Assembly (NCBI RefSeq): GCF_036321535.1
Contig: NC_087436.1
Location: 95,544,001 to 95,608,000 of the forward strand
DNA: 64,000 nucleotides
Direction: 5' to 3'
Source: Camelus dromedarius
Lineage: Eukaryota
The position numbers were made by a program, and so were the translations under genes. Under the pieces are notes generated by a model. It did no database searches and was not told the origin of the DNA. It saw only the letters and a list, made by a program, of their open reading frames with translations. Positions within the stretch are counted from its first letter, which is position 1; every line of letters begins with the position of its first letter. Shown here one piece after another: positions 49,262-62,300 of this stretch.

Positions 49262-50091
49262 ATCCCACTTCTGATCACCAACTCCAATTCTGAAACCAAC
49301 TAACAATTCTGGTACCAATTCCAACATGTGGTGCTCTTCCCCACATAACCAAGCAATTCATTCTCAGACACCAGCTGCGTGTCCTACAATTTGACTCAAT
49401 TCTGACACTACCTGGAGAGAGCATCAGATCCCACAGGTTAAGGGCTCAGTCCTACAAGGCTGCCTCCCACACACCCCCAACTTCAGATGCCAATCTCAAG
49501 TTTAGGCTATTATCTGTGTTTCTGACCTCCCCCACAAATAGATTGGAGGTTCCAACAACCCCTTCCTTGGGTTTAATTAATTTGTTAGAGTGTCTCACAG
49601 AACTCAGAGAAACATTTTACTTACTAGATCACCTTTTATTGTAAAAGGATGTAACTCAGGAACAGCCAGATGGAAGAGATGCACAGGACAAGTTATGGAG
49701 CAAACACACAGAGCTTCCATACCCTCCTCACCTGTACCACTCTCCCCCAGTATCTATGTGTTCACCAACAGGAAGATCTCCAAACCCTTTTGGGTTTTAT
49801 GGAAGCTTCATTTCATAGGCAATGGTGCTTGAACTCAACCTCCAACGCCTCTTCTTTCCCCCAAGGTCTGGGTGTGGGTCTGAAAGTTTCAACCCCCTAA
49901 TCACTTGGTTGGTTCTCCCAGCCAGCCCCCATCCTTAGGTTACACAGGTGCTTTCCAAAAGTTGCCTCATTAACATGACAAAAGGCACGTTTATCACTCA
50001 CATCACTTAGGAAATTCCAAGGGGTTTAGGAGCTCTGTGCCAGAAATGGAAGACCAAATGTATACTTCTTATTATTAATCACAATATAACA
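49262..50091 (-). mobile_element. MER21-like ERV LTR with adjacent tRNA-Leu PBS region
   Basis: Minus strand starts TGTTATATTGTGATTAATAATAAGAAG; plus-strand TCAGATCCCACAGGTTAAGGGCTCAGTCC; ATCCCACTTCTGA(T)CACCA at 49262-49280. Confidence 0.88.
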
Positions 50092-52442
50092 ATATTCACC
50101 TATTCAATCATTCACCCTTAACGCATCAGCTACAATTTTCCAGTTTCTTTAAAGTGGAGAAGAATTTAAAGACGCTAAGGGCAAATCCTGCTAGATTTTA
50201 ATGATTTACTTTCATCCTTTCATAGTTACTTAATCTGACAGTATTTTTTTTTTTTTGGCATGCCTCACCTTTATCAAGTCTTTACAAAGTATCTTGACTT
50301 CCTTAAGACTGTTCTTTCTACATTATATTTTTCATTATTTACAGAATTTCTAATTGCATTACAAATTTTCAATTGTAATCTTTTTAAAAGTGTCTGGGAA
50401 CAAAGAAACTGACTCCTGGTAAGCAGACAATACAACTGGCAGAAGAAGGGCCCAGGTGCATTCTGAGGCCTGTGTTAAGCTGACTGAGGGCAACAGATGT
50501 GTGCTTTACAGAGAGACTGGAGGCTGCGTTAGTTAATCTGGTGGGTTTGTCAAGTGGAAATCAGTTGGGAACCTAGTGTGTACAAGTGAACAGTGGTTTT
50601 GTTTGGGTAGCAGAGTCCGCCTTCTTTTTCAATTTGTTTTAATGATGATGTATGATAACTCCACTGTAGAAAAAAAATCAACACTTCAAATCTTTGAAAA
50701 TACTTTTTTTTTTAGTAAATGCAATCAATCACAGAAGACTAGAATGCAAACACAAAGAAAATGTGCAATGAATATTGTTCATTCATAGACCCTTGTATGC
50801 AAATAATGGGTTGCTAGATTCTACAGGACACTAGGCTCTGAGCATTGGTGGTCATTGCTGTCACTTGTTGCAAGGACAATGTAAATATTGAGTGTTGCTC
50901 TTATACGGTGCGATTTCCTAAATGCCACAGCAGTCCAACTTCATACTAAGAAGTTCCACACACTCTCATATTCACATTCTAGTTTCATTTTGACTCTAAA
51001 GTTACACAGAAACCAAATGATCAAATCTGCATTTCCTTCTAAATCTACATGCAAATAGTGAGGCAGGGATTTCCCTTGCCATTGGCATTCCTTAGCAGAA
51101 AGGACTCTAGACAACCTCGGACTCTGAAGATGTGACCTGCCTGAACATTAATCTGGTCCAACTGAATTAGACCCCATCTGGTGTTTTGCCAGATTTCACG
51201 GATCTCACTCAGGTCGGCTCCTCTGTGACACACCGTTGTTACTTTGCTTTCCGATTAGCTGTTAATTCTCACAGTTCTCCTTGAAGAGGAGAGAGGAAGT
51301 GAGAGAAGTGTGTAGCTAGTGCTGTATTCAGTTCTCATCACTTGCCAGGTGGGGAAGCCAAAGTTACAAGTCAGATCTGTTTTTATCACACTGGGGCATT
51401 CCACGTCTCTCCTGACTCTGAGATTTGATCACAGGGGCACTTTGTGGGGTGTACCTGCCAGAGAAGTATTGGAACTAAGCTCATCTCCTTGCAGTGACAA
51501 CTTGGGAAAGTTTAAAAGTATGGGTTTAAAGTTGTGGCTGGGACCTACCTGTTCCTGCTCCTTAGAACTTCACTCCATGCTTCTAGAAGCCTGAGCCTGG
51601 AGTCCTTTCAGAAGAGCCCCACCACTTATGAACTGTGAAGATGAAGCTGAACAAATTGTGTCCCCAGAAGCTTTAAATATAACGATGTCACTCACAGATA
51701 GTACATTCAGATTTACATTTAGTTGGGGGAGGTATTTCCTAGTTATCGCAACATTCCACATGCTGGCAAGTCAAACACATAAAATGCACCGCAGCTCCCT
51801 CTGAAGAAACCTCTTCAATCTAACATTTCCCACAACTTGCTCCACCTTATTCTATTTTCCTTCTCATCTCCAGCAGATCACTCTTTCATAAACTGAAAAC
51901 CTGCTGAGATTATTCAAAATAACTCCAAACCACAAACATTTATTGGATTCATTCATTCACTTAACAACTGTTGAAGGATCTCCAGGAATTTATGCAAGAT
52001 TCATGACAACTAGGCTTGGAAAAGAAAGATGACCATGGCAGTGCCATTTCTGAAGTCAAGGGAAAATGGTGTCTGAATATGAAATCAGATACTTTTGAAA
52101 TTATTTTTATTTTTATAGGACTCCATGCGTATAATCATAGTGACAGTGTGTGAATTTCTACAATACAGAAACCCACCTAAAGGCAGTCTAAAGTTATAAG
52201 AATGTAGAGTATCACTGTGGTTTCTTTGGAATCCAGAGGCAAGAACGAATCCAACAGAATCCCCAAAATATAAATTGCTTTAAGCCAAACTCTAGATAAA
52301 GGGGTACATGTAACCTAAATGTATTCCTCAAATGCTATCTAAATTAAATCCAGATATTTGGTTTTCAGTCTATCATTTGTCTTAGTCCAAAAAATAAAAA
52401 TCTAATAAAATATACTTTTGAAAATGGGCATGAGATCACGGC

Positions 52443-52885
52443 TGCTGGTGGAAGATTGTTCTCAGCAATTTCTGCAACAATTTCTCTTTACATGGCATCT
52501 GGGCCTGGTGATTTTGCCACTCTTTTAATTAAGAACTGATATATATTTTCCCCTCCTTTAATCTGGGCTGACCTTGCAAATTGCTTAGACTAATAGAATG
52601 TGATGGATGTAATACTGTGTATGTTCCAAGCCAAAGCCTCACAAAGCCGTGTAGCTTCCCTAGGATGCTGCCCTGGGGCTGCTGTGTAAAAAACCAGTCT
52701 AGAAGATGGATGTTTGAGGGGCCACGTGGGGAAGCACCACCAGGCATGCGAGTGAGGTTAGCTGGACCTTCCCATCAAACTTCTGAGCCTCTGGTTGAAT
52801 GCAGACACATGGCTAAGCCCAGTGAAATCAACAGAAGAAAAGCCCAGAATGATTCATATATTATTGCTGTTTCAAGTCACTCAAA
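52443..52885 (+). mobile_element. MaLR LTR (MLT1H-like), 3' end interrupted by L1
   Basis: AATCTGGGCTGACCTTG...TGCTTAGACTAATAGAATGTG...TGCAGACACATG...TGCTGTTTCAAGTCACT. Confidence 0.8.
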
Positions 52886-53580
52886 TTTTTTATTGTTTTT
52901 ACATAACATAAAATTTACCATTTTAACCATTTTCAAGTGTACAATTCAGTGGTATTTAGTATATTCACAGTGTTTTGCAACCACCACTACTATCTAGCTC
53001 AACAGTATTTTCATCATCCCATAGGAAACCTTCTACCCATTAAGCAGTCATTCTCCATCACCTGCCTTCCCCTCAGCCCCTAAAAACAACTAAGTTTTCT
53101 GTGTCTATGGATTTCCCTATTCTAGATATTTCATGTAAAGGGAATCATTTGGTATATGGCTTTTTGTGTCTGGCTTTCCTCATTTAGCACAATGTTTTCA
53201 AGGTTCATCCGTGTTGTAGCATATATCAGTAGTTCACCACTTTTTATGGTCAAATAATACTTCACTGTATGGATATACTACATTCTGTTGTCTGTTCATC
53301 AGTTAATGGACATTTGGGTTATTTCTACCTTTTGGCTATTATAACTAATGCTGCTAGGAATATTTGTGTGTAAGTTTTTGTTTGAATAACTGTTTTTCAG
53401 TAGTTTTCAATCCTTTTGGGTTTATACCTAGGACTGGAATTGCTGGATCATATAGCAATTTTATTTTTAATTTATTGAGGAATCACCAAATGGGTGATTT
53501 GGTGCACCATTTTGCATTTCCACTGGTAATGCATGAGGGTTCCAATTTCTCCATATCCTTAGCAACACTTGTTACTCTCT
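52886..53580 (-). mobile_element. L1MB-like 3' end
   Basis: ACATAACATAAAATTTACCATTTTAACCATTTTCAAGTGTACAATTCAGTGG; AATGGACATTTGGGTT; GGAATTGCTGGATCATAT. Confidence 0.93.
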
Positions 53581-53609
53581 CTCTCCTTTTCTCTCACTCG
53601 CTCATCATC

Positions 53610-55370
53610 TAAATTAGGTTCATGTGTACATGAGGCTCTTCAAGTACAATTCCTTGAGAAGACTTTCTCTTGATTTGAAGACATGTGAAGTTATCTGCTC
53701 CCCTACCTCTAACAAATCCAATATATAATGATAGCATAGGCAGAGGAAAACCACCTCAGGAGGAGAAACACACTAGAGTCACTAGTCCATGGATATTCTT
53801 AAATTCAGCAGGGCATTTGTTGGTAATTCCTTGACTGGGAGTTGAGTTTTGGTAGTAATTCTCTATAGCTGCTGACTTCACCCTCTGGCTCATGGTTTTG
53901 CCCTCTGAGGCATACTTCACTTCCCATAAGATGTTTACTGCTCAATAGCTTTCTCAGACTTCTTCTTGCCTATAAAGTTCGGGGTCCAAAGGTCCATTTT
54001 GTATTATCTTTGTCTCTCTCTGTCCAGGCTGAGATGGTTTTGCTAATACTGTTCTCTTAAAACATTGTGGATCACCTATAAATATTATTAATGGTCACTA
54101 CATTAGTCAAAAACCATACCCACAAAACTCTTTGAGATAAGCTCTTTTATATCCTGAACTTCTGCTGAGACTACTCAGAGACATCACCCTTAAGCTCATT
54201 AATAACCGTGTTGTTTGACCCAGCAGTTCTCTAAGGCACTGCCTTAGATCTTTCTAGGCCTTACCAAGGATTTTACAGTCACACACATGGCCTGGTGATC
54301 TTTATTTTATGCTTTCCTGAGAGGTCTTGGATTTGATCTTTGCCCAAAAGCCATTTCTAAATTTTGGCATCATTTGAAATCTAGACAGGCTGGAAATGTT
54401 CAAATCCCAAATTTCCTGGCTGCCTTTTAATTTATAGTTCTCCTTTTAGCTTATTTGTCATCTCTTGTATTTTACAGCAAGACGAGATCAGGAAGCACTT
54501 TTAATAATCTTCCTGGAAATCTCCTTACTTAGATCCCTCAGTTCATTAGGTACATTTTCTTCTTCCATGTTATCACATAACACTGCTAAACTTTCTGCCA
54601 CTACATAGTAAGGACTCCCTGTTCTCTGGTGTCCATTAACATTTTCCTCACTTTCCCTTAAGCTCTCACCAGGCACCTCCCCAAAGACCATCTGGCTTCT
54701 GCTAACAGTCTGTTCAAAATGCTTTAGACCTTCACTTAACACTTGCCTCAAAATCTTCCTGGGTTCTACCCACTGTTTAATTAAAAGCTTCTCCCACATT
54801 TTAAATTTTTGTTATAGCAGTGTCCTACTTCTAGGTAGAAAAATCTGTATTAGTTACTATTCCTGCATAACAGATTACCCTAAGATTAGTGGCTTAAAGC
54901 AACAATAAATGTTCATTTAAAAAAATCTCACACAGTCTCTGCAGGAATTCAGGAATCGCTTAGCTGAGTAGTTCTGGCTTGGGATCTCCCATGAGATTGT
55001 GGTCAAAATGTTGGCCAGGGCTGCAGCCATTTAAAGGCTTGACTGGGATTGGAGAATCCACTTCCAAGATGACTCACTCACATGGCTGGCAAAATAGTGT
55101 TGGCTGTTGGATGGAGGTCTTAGTTATTTGCCAGGTGACCCACTTCGTAGGGCAGCTGAGTGTTCTCATGATATTGGCACAGGTTAACCCCAGGGTCAGT
55201 GATCCAAGATAGCAAGGTGGAAACTATTTTGTATAATCTAGTCTCAGAAGGTACACACTATCACAGATTCTATTGGTCACACAGACTAACTCTGATAGAG
55301 TGTGGGAGGGAGAGTACACAAGGGCACGAGGTAGGAATCATTGGGGCACATCTTGAGACTGGCCGCCACA
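53610..55370 (-). mobile_element. MaLR element: LTR (54846-55370, MLT1F/G-like) plus ~1.2 kb of internal region
   Basis: LTR TGTATTAGTTACTATT...CTTCCAAGATGACTCACTCACATGGCTGGC...GGCCGCCACA; the internal ORF relic at 54488-54799 resembles the internal region at 20661. Confidence 0.88.
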
Positions 55371-55429
55371 GTATGTATCTTTAAGTCACGTGCTTATATA
55401 TTTTAATTGTGATATATACCATTACTTTT

Positions 55430-56635
55430 TTCGACAAAGAGTTATTGAGTATCTACCATGTACATTGTTCTTGAGGGTAAAAAAATAAATACTACTTTCC
55501 AAAGCCTACCAAAAACTCTACTCTTATGAATCTTAATTCCAAATGTGGGGAGACAGACAACCATCAAATAAATAAACAAACTGTATTCAGTTGGTGATAA
55601 GGAAATCAAAGCAGGGTAGGGGGACTGAGATCACAAGGGGTGGGGTGGAGGACTGTACTTTGAATAGGATGGTCAGGGAGAATTTCATTGAGAAGGTGAC
55701 ATTTGGTCAAAGATCTGAAGGCAGAGAGGGAGTGATATATGGAAGAAGAGCTTTCCAGGACAAAGAGACAGAACACCCAAAGACATTGGGGTGGCAGCAT
55801 CTTTGGGATGTTGGGAGAATGGCAGAGGAGGCTGTGGGTCTGGAGCAGAGTGAACAAACGTGAGTATTGGTAATGAGGTTAGAGATGGTGGAGGAACGAT
55901 AGGGCTTTATAAGCAATTGAAGGGACTTTGGCTTTTGTGCCAAGAGATTTGGGAAATCGTTGGAGGATCTTGAGCAAAAACTGACATGATTGGAATTAAG
56001 TATTAACAGGATCACTCTGGTTCTTGTGCTGAGAAAAGACTAAGGGGAAACAAGAGACAGGGAGTCTGGCAATAACAAAGTAGATTATGGAGGCCTGGAC
56101 CAGGAAGATGATGGATATTGTGAGGTTGGCAGATTACACTTCAAAGGAAGAGCCAATGGGATTTGCTGATAAATTCAAAGTGGAGTATAAAAGAAGAAGA
56201 GTAATCAGTTAGGAGTTTGAGGTTTTGGCCTGAGCATAGAGAATAATGGAGTTGCCTTTTACTAAGATGAGAAAAACAGTAGATTGGGAGGGGGAGTGTA
56301 AATTAAGAGTTCTGTCTTGGACAAATTTAGTTTGAAATGTCTGTTAGCCATCCAAGTGGAAACGCTGACTGGGTAATGGGATATACATGTCTGGAATGTG
56401 GGGGAGCGACTATAGCTAGCGATTTCCGAAGAGGAAATCCTAATCGCCCCAATGCTAAGAGGTCGGGCAGAAGAGGAGGAATAAGCAAAGGTGACTAACA
56501 GATGGTGCAGTCAGGGAGCTGCAGGAAAACCCGTCCAATGTGACATTCCAGAAGCAAAATGAAGGAAGGAGGCAGTTTTGTCAGCTGTTCCACTGATATG
56601 TCAGGTGAGACGAGGACTGAGAATTGACCACTCTG
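55430..56635 (-). mobile_element. LINE-2 (L2a-like) ~1.2 kb 3' fragment
   Basis: GGTCAGGGAGAATTTCATTGAGAAGGTGACATTTG; AGGATCACTCTGG; TTTGAAATGTCTGTTAGCCATCCAAGTGGA. Confidence 0.92.
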
Positions 56636-56788
56636 CCTGCTGCCCAAGTTGGAGTTTAAACAATTTTTAAATGGTGCAGTGACTTTTGCATTACCATGTG
56701 TATAATTATTTGTATATTTCATTTAAATTCTGTATATGGTTAAAAACGAATGTAGCTATGTACAAACACACACACCCAGACATAATTA

Positions 56789-57096
56789 CAGTCTCCCCTT
56801 TGTATCCATGGGGGATTGCTTCCAGGACTTTCACAAATACCAAAATCACAAATGCTCAAGTCCCTATATAAAATGGTGTAGTGTTTGCATATAACCTACT
56901 CACATTCTCCTGTATATTTTAAATCTTACCTAGATTACTTACAATACCTAATAAAATGTAAATGTTATGTAAATAGTTGCAGGTGCATGGCAAAGTCAAG
57001 TTTTGCTTTTTGGAACTTTCTGTACTTTTTTTTCAAATATTTCTGATACTCGTTGAATCTGAGAATGAGGAACCCATGGATACAGGGGTCTGACAG
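56789..57096. mobile_element. MER2/MER2B-like TcMar-Tigger MITE
   Basis: TIRs CAGTC...TGTATCCATGGG / CCCATGGATACA...GACAG flanked by TA dinucleotides; ATGCTCAAGTCCCTATATAAAATGG. Confidence 0.93.
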
Positions 57097-58289
57097 TATT
57101 TATAAATACTATCTCAGCCTAGTCAGTGAACCTAAGTCTCACGTGTCTTATTGTAAGTTAAAGTGATCTTTCTCAACTGTAAACCCCAGCCCACCCACTC
57201 ATCACCCAACCCTAAGCCAACTGTGCAATTTGTAACATTCTTCGAAAGAATAAAACAATCGATTTGAGTGTCCCATCAGGAAATGAATCAGCAGAGTACC
57301 ATCTGTAGGAAAACAAGCCAAGGATGTGGCCAAGCAAGTTAAAGGCATCTTTTTGCTGGAGTGTTTGGGGGGCTAATCATTGGCCTTATGCACTGTTTGG
57401 AAGGCAACGTCTGTAACAGTGGGCACAACAGCATGGAGCTTCTCAGGCACTTAGCTCATAATGACTTAATGCCTGGAATAAATATTATAGGACAAATAAT
57501 AACCTGGCTTAGTGCAGCCCTTCACTTAGAATGTGAGCCATATGATCATTATGATTTACAAAGTGTGACTGCTAATTCACAAGATTGGATTTTTTTAAAA
57601 AACATTCAGAATTGAGACAGCTGCGAGAGTTTTGTCTTTCAAGAGAAAAATCATATACTGGTTCCAGTAGTGCAAATAGTTATCTTCTGGCATAGCAAAG
57701 TACCAACTAGTTAAAAGAGAGATTCAGCCAATAAAATTGGCTGCCCAGCCAATCAAAACAAGCGGAGGCTGTAAGCAGCTGTGTGTCCATTTTGGGGCAG
57801 CCTGGCTGTGACAGTCACCATCATTGCAGAGAATGTTTTTGAAACTCTCCATCTGGTGCCTTAGATGCATTTATAACTCAAGCCAGAATGTCAGTCCTGA
57901 TATGTATTATAGTTAGACATAGCTTTCAATTCTAAATAGTAATCCTCCGCTTGATCATAAACTCAGTTCACCGGAACTGGCCCTAAATGGGAGCCTAGGC
58001 TTTTTCCAAATCCATTCGAAATAATGTTCACAGGCAATGCAAGTGATTCTAGCACAGAGGTTCCCCTGGTGGACAGATTCTGATGTGGGCCTTCTCTTCC
58101 CCAGGCTCTCTCCAGCCTCCCTGACAGAGACAAGGTGAGGGCAGGTGAATCCTGGGAGTCAGGTTGGGTGAGAAGTGGTGTCAATCAAGATATTACACAA
58201 GTGAAGCACCCAGATGGAGAGAGAAAGCCCACAATTCAGAGAGACGAAGACATGCACCCCTCCAAGGGACCTAGTGAGAAAATGAGGGC

Positions 58290-58455
58290 CGATCAAGCAT
58301 GTAACAAAAATTACTACAGTGTTTCTTTAAAATGCAGATTCCTGGGGCCCAGGCCAGACCTAGTGAATCAGAATCTTTGGGAGCAAGGCTGGGTTCTGCA
58401 TTCTACCCCAGTCCTCCAGGTGATCTCTGTATAGGTTGAAGTTTGAGAAGCACTG
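58290..58455. mobile_element. MER5A-like hAT-Charlie MITE
   Basis: AAAATGCAGATTCCTGGG...GAATCAGAATCT...CTCCAGGTGAT...AAGTTTGAGAAGCACTG. Confidence 0.88.
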
Positions 58456-59011
58456 AGTTCACACAGTAAAACCTGGAAGAGGAATGAGACAAGGACACAA
58501 GTACTGGCTGAGTCAGGTGGGGCTGGACCCTTGGCATCACATAACAGCGTAAGTGTAGGGGACTTAAGGGTTTCCTCAAGAGTAGGATGCATCTTTCCTT
58601 TCAATGCCCATAGGCTGCATTAGAGCCTCCATAGAGTTTCATTATAAATTTGACATAGTCCAGCAATACTTTCCAAACAGCTTCTGAAAGCAAAAGGCAA
58701 AGATGAAAAGACAACATTTTACAGCAACTTTCCAAAGGTGGATAAAAGTGTATTTAACAACATCTTTACTTTACTCCTACTTTAATTTTTACCTGGAATG
58801 TAAAGTTGAAAGATGCTTATACATGGGAATAAGCTTGAAAATATATTGAAGACAGAGCTGCCCCCAAAAGATCGCAGTGGCCAATATAGAGAATGAAACT
58901 TCTCTTTCCTAAGAGTTTACCAAGAGTAGCATCCAGGTAGTCTATACTTACTGGGAGACGGATAGCAATGCTCTGGCTTCCAAATGATAACCCGGTACAC
59001 AGAATGCCCTG

Positions 59012-59354
59012 TGCTAGAGACTAAATGCTCCAAATTTGTTAAGTCCTAACACCCAATGTGATGGTATTTGGAGGTGGGGCCTTTGGGATGATTAGGTCGT
59101 GAGGGTGGGGCCCTCATGAATGGGATTAGTGCCCTTATAAGAGAGCCCCAGAGAGCCCTCTTGCCCCTTCCACCATGTGAGGACACAGGGAGACGATGAC
59201 TATGAACCAGAAAGTGAGCCCTCCCTAGACAGCAAGTCTTCAGTACCTTGATCTTACACTTCCCTGCCTTCAGAACTATGAGAAATCAATGTTTGTGGCT
59301 GAAAAGTCCCCAGTCTGTGGTGTTCAGTTACAGCAGTCCACCCTGCATTTAAGA
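59012..59354 (+). mobile_element. MaLR solo LTR (MLT1A0-like)
   Basis: CCCAATGTGATGGTATTTGGAGGTGGGGCCTTTGGG...GCCCTCATGAATGGGATTAGTGCCCTTATAAGAGA. Confidence 0.93.
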
Positions 59355-59509
59355 AAACTACAATCTGGCTCTGCGTAAACTTAAATCACTTAATGAAAGT
59401 TCTGTTTCCCAAAGAATGAGTGTGGAGCAGTGGACAAGACCTCAAGAGGTTTTCAGAGGCCTGGGCCACTTCCGTTTTTGGAGATTTCAGAACACTTGAA
59501 AAATAAACA

Positions 59510-59830
59510 ACGGTGGGGGGTGGGCAAAATGAGTGCAGGGGACAAAAGGTACAAACTTTCAGTTATAAAATAAATAAATCATGGTGCTGAAATGTACAGC
59601 ATGGTGACTATAGTTAGTAGTATGGCATATTTGAAAGTGGCTAAGAGCATAGATATTAGACATTTTCATCACACAAAAAAATTCATAACTATGTGTGGTC
59701 ACAGATATTAACTAGACTTATTGTGGTGATCCTTTTGCAATATACACAAATATCGAATCATTATGTTGTACACCTGAAACTAATATAATTATCATGCATC
59801 AATTATACCTCAATAAAAATATATAAAAAT
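59510..59830 (+). mobile_element. L1MA9-like 3' UTR end with A-rich tail
   Basis: GTACAGCATGGTGACTATAGTTA...GAATCATTATGTTGTACACCTGAAACTAATATAA...CTCAATAAAAA. Confidence 0.92.
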
Positions 59831-61773
59831 AAATTATATTTGCAGTCATAAATTTTTTAATTTAAATGCCAAAACAAGTTCACAAAAACTATGATTTATT
59901 TTAAATATATGCATGTAACAAATTAATTTTTAACAACAGCAAAAAATAATAAGTAAATGACCCAACATGACTTTCCCAGAGAATTTATTTTTTAAGTACT
60001 TTATAATTTATTTATCATGCATCAGAAGTAGCAGAGTCTGGTTCTACCATAACAGAGCAGGTTTAAGTGATATGAAGGGCAATTCTAAATCTGTCAATGT
60101 GTTGCTTTCACAGTATAGGTTATAACCTCTTTAGAGAGTAAAGAAAGAACCCTAGGATAGATGCCCATTGTGAAGGGGAGGTCCAACCAAATGCACCAAC
60201 ACTCATCTCTCCACCAGGCCTGGTAGTGATGCATTCTCTGGGCTGAACCGATTCTTGGGACACCAAATAGAAGCCTGACCTTGGACAGTTCATTTGTGTT
60301 CTCTTACATGGGTTTCCCAACCTGCAATATGAGGGAAGATGATTACTGAGGTTCCTCCCAGCTCTGCACATCTATTATATTTTCGTCTATTGTGGTCTAC
60401 TTAGTATGCATTTCTAGAGCACATCTCATCGCTTACCAGAGGGGTAAGTTCCTAGAATTTCCTTGGAGCCAGTCAACTGTGTAAAAGCTTACTCATTCCT
60501 TTTTATAACACTTCAATTCAGTCTCCTGTTCTGAGTTCTTTTCTTTTGTCGATGGGACAGCTCTTTAATAAACATTTCAGGTGCTGTCTCAATAATTAAC
60601 AACTAATTAACAAGAAAGCCTTGCTGCTAGAGGTGGGTGAGTTCAAAAAGAAAGGAGCAGGAAAGTTGCTTTGCTTTCTGTCTTCACAAGGTCCTGCCAT
60701 TGTCATTGTAATATGCTGGAGATGGCGGTTCCTTAATAGTGTGAACAATTTCATTAAAGATCTCTGCTGGAACAATCAAGTTGCTGTCAGAGGACCGTAT
60801 CGATCCTGGAGAACTGTCATTGAGGTCCAGGGTGCTTGTGAAAAAATCAACAACAGGAAGTATGCATCAGTTTCAGGGTTATTTATTTCTCTGAGAAACA
60901 CATTATAATCAGATGGGATCTAAGCAGCTTCCTCTGTTGCTCCTGCAGGCCGAAAATACTGAAAAGAAATTTTCAAATGAAAGTTTTTAGCAGGATACCC
61001 TTTCCAGATACACCAGTTACTTGGCCCCCTTTTGAGATGCCCCTGGATGTCTATCATGGCCCCCTCTTTGAAATGCCTTAATTTGCAAACTTGATAACAC
61101 GCAGTCATGCTTCCCTGGCCACAACGGAGGGGACCCAAAGGGGCTCATCTCTCCATAGACCAATCAGAGAGCTAGGCAGAAAGGCTTTGCCCAGTGGAAG
61201 CATTCAATCTGCGCTCTGTTGGAAAGTGGTTTGGATGAGAGAGAGAATATGATGGAGCTGCTAGAGATGGAAGTGATGGAAGCAGAGAAGGGAGTATGGG
61301 GGCGCCCCAGTGGTGAACCACTAGACTGGGTAGCAACAAACATGTGATAAGAGAACTGGGCACTGTGCTCTGAACAACAGCCAGTGGTCCATCAAGGCCA
61401 AGTGTGCAGTGAAGAGGAGGGAGCGTTTCAAATCTCCATCACTATGACACCACCACCACTGAGAAAGCCCAGTGCCAGGACTCTGCCAAGTCAAACAGTG
61501 CCCTCCTGCAGCTATGAAGTTGAAGCATGGTGAGCCTCAACTTTATTCTCTGAAATAATAACATTAAAAATATGCCCACGTTTATATATGTTGATCAACA
61601 CATTGAATTTGCCTTTTTCAATGGATACTGTGGTACTTTTTTGATAGAGAGAAAAAGAAGCAGAAGACTGTACCATTTCAGTAGAACTGGCTGAGTGGTA
61701 AAAATGAAGGCTAGTGACCCAAATTAAAGCAGAGTCTTAGCATCTGGAAATGGGGGCTCCCAAAAGTGGTACT

Positions 61774-62300
61774 TTTTTTTTTTAATAGACTTTATTCTTT
61801 TAGAGCAGTTTCAGGTTCACAACAGAATTGAGCAGAAAATACAGAGAGTTCACATATAGCCCTCCCCACCCACACATACATACTCCCCTACCCTCAACAT
61901 CCCTCATCAGTGTGGCATATTTAGTACAATCGATGAAACAACATGGGCACATTATTATCAACAAAAGTCCATAGTTTACATTAGGGTTCTTGATGTTGTA
62001 CAGTTTACAGGTTTTGACAAATGCATAATGACATGTAGCCACCACCATAGTATCATACAGAAAAATTTCATTTCCCTCAAGATCCCTTGTGCTCCATTTA
62101 TTCATTCCTCCCTCCCTTCTCCCCAAACCCCTGGAAACCACGATCTTTTTATTGTTTTTTCTGTAGCTGTGCCTTTTCCAGAATGTCATCTGGTTGGAAT
62201 CGTACAGTTTGTAGCCTTTTCAGACTGGCTTCTTTCATTTAGTAATATGTCTTTTAGGTTTCTTCCATGTCTTTCATGGCTTGATAGATCTTTTTTTCTC
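61774..62300 (-). mobile_element. L1MC1/L1MB-like 3' end
   Basis: AGAGCAGTTTCAGGTTCACAACAGAATTGAGCAGAAAATACAGAGAGTTC; CCTTTTCCAGAATGTCAT. Confidence 0.92.

Noticed and set aside
57737..57752. Full NFI palindrome TTGGC...GCCAA
   Set aside because: The spacer is 6 nt rather than the canonical 5
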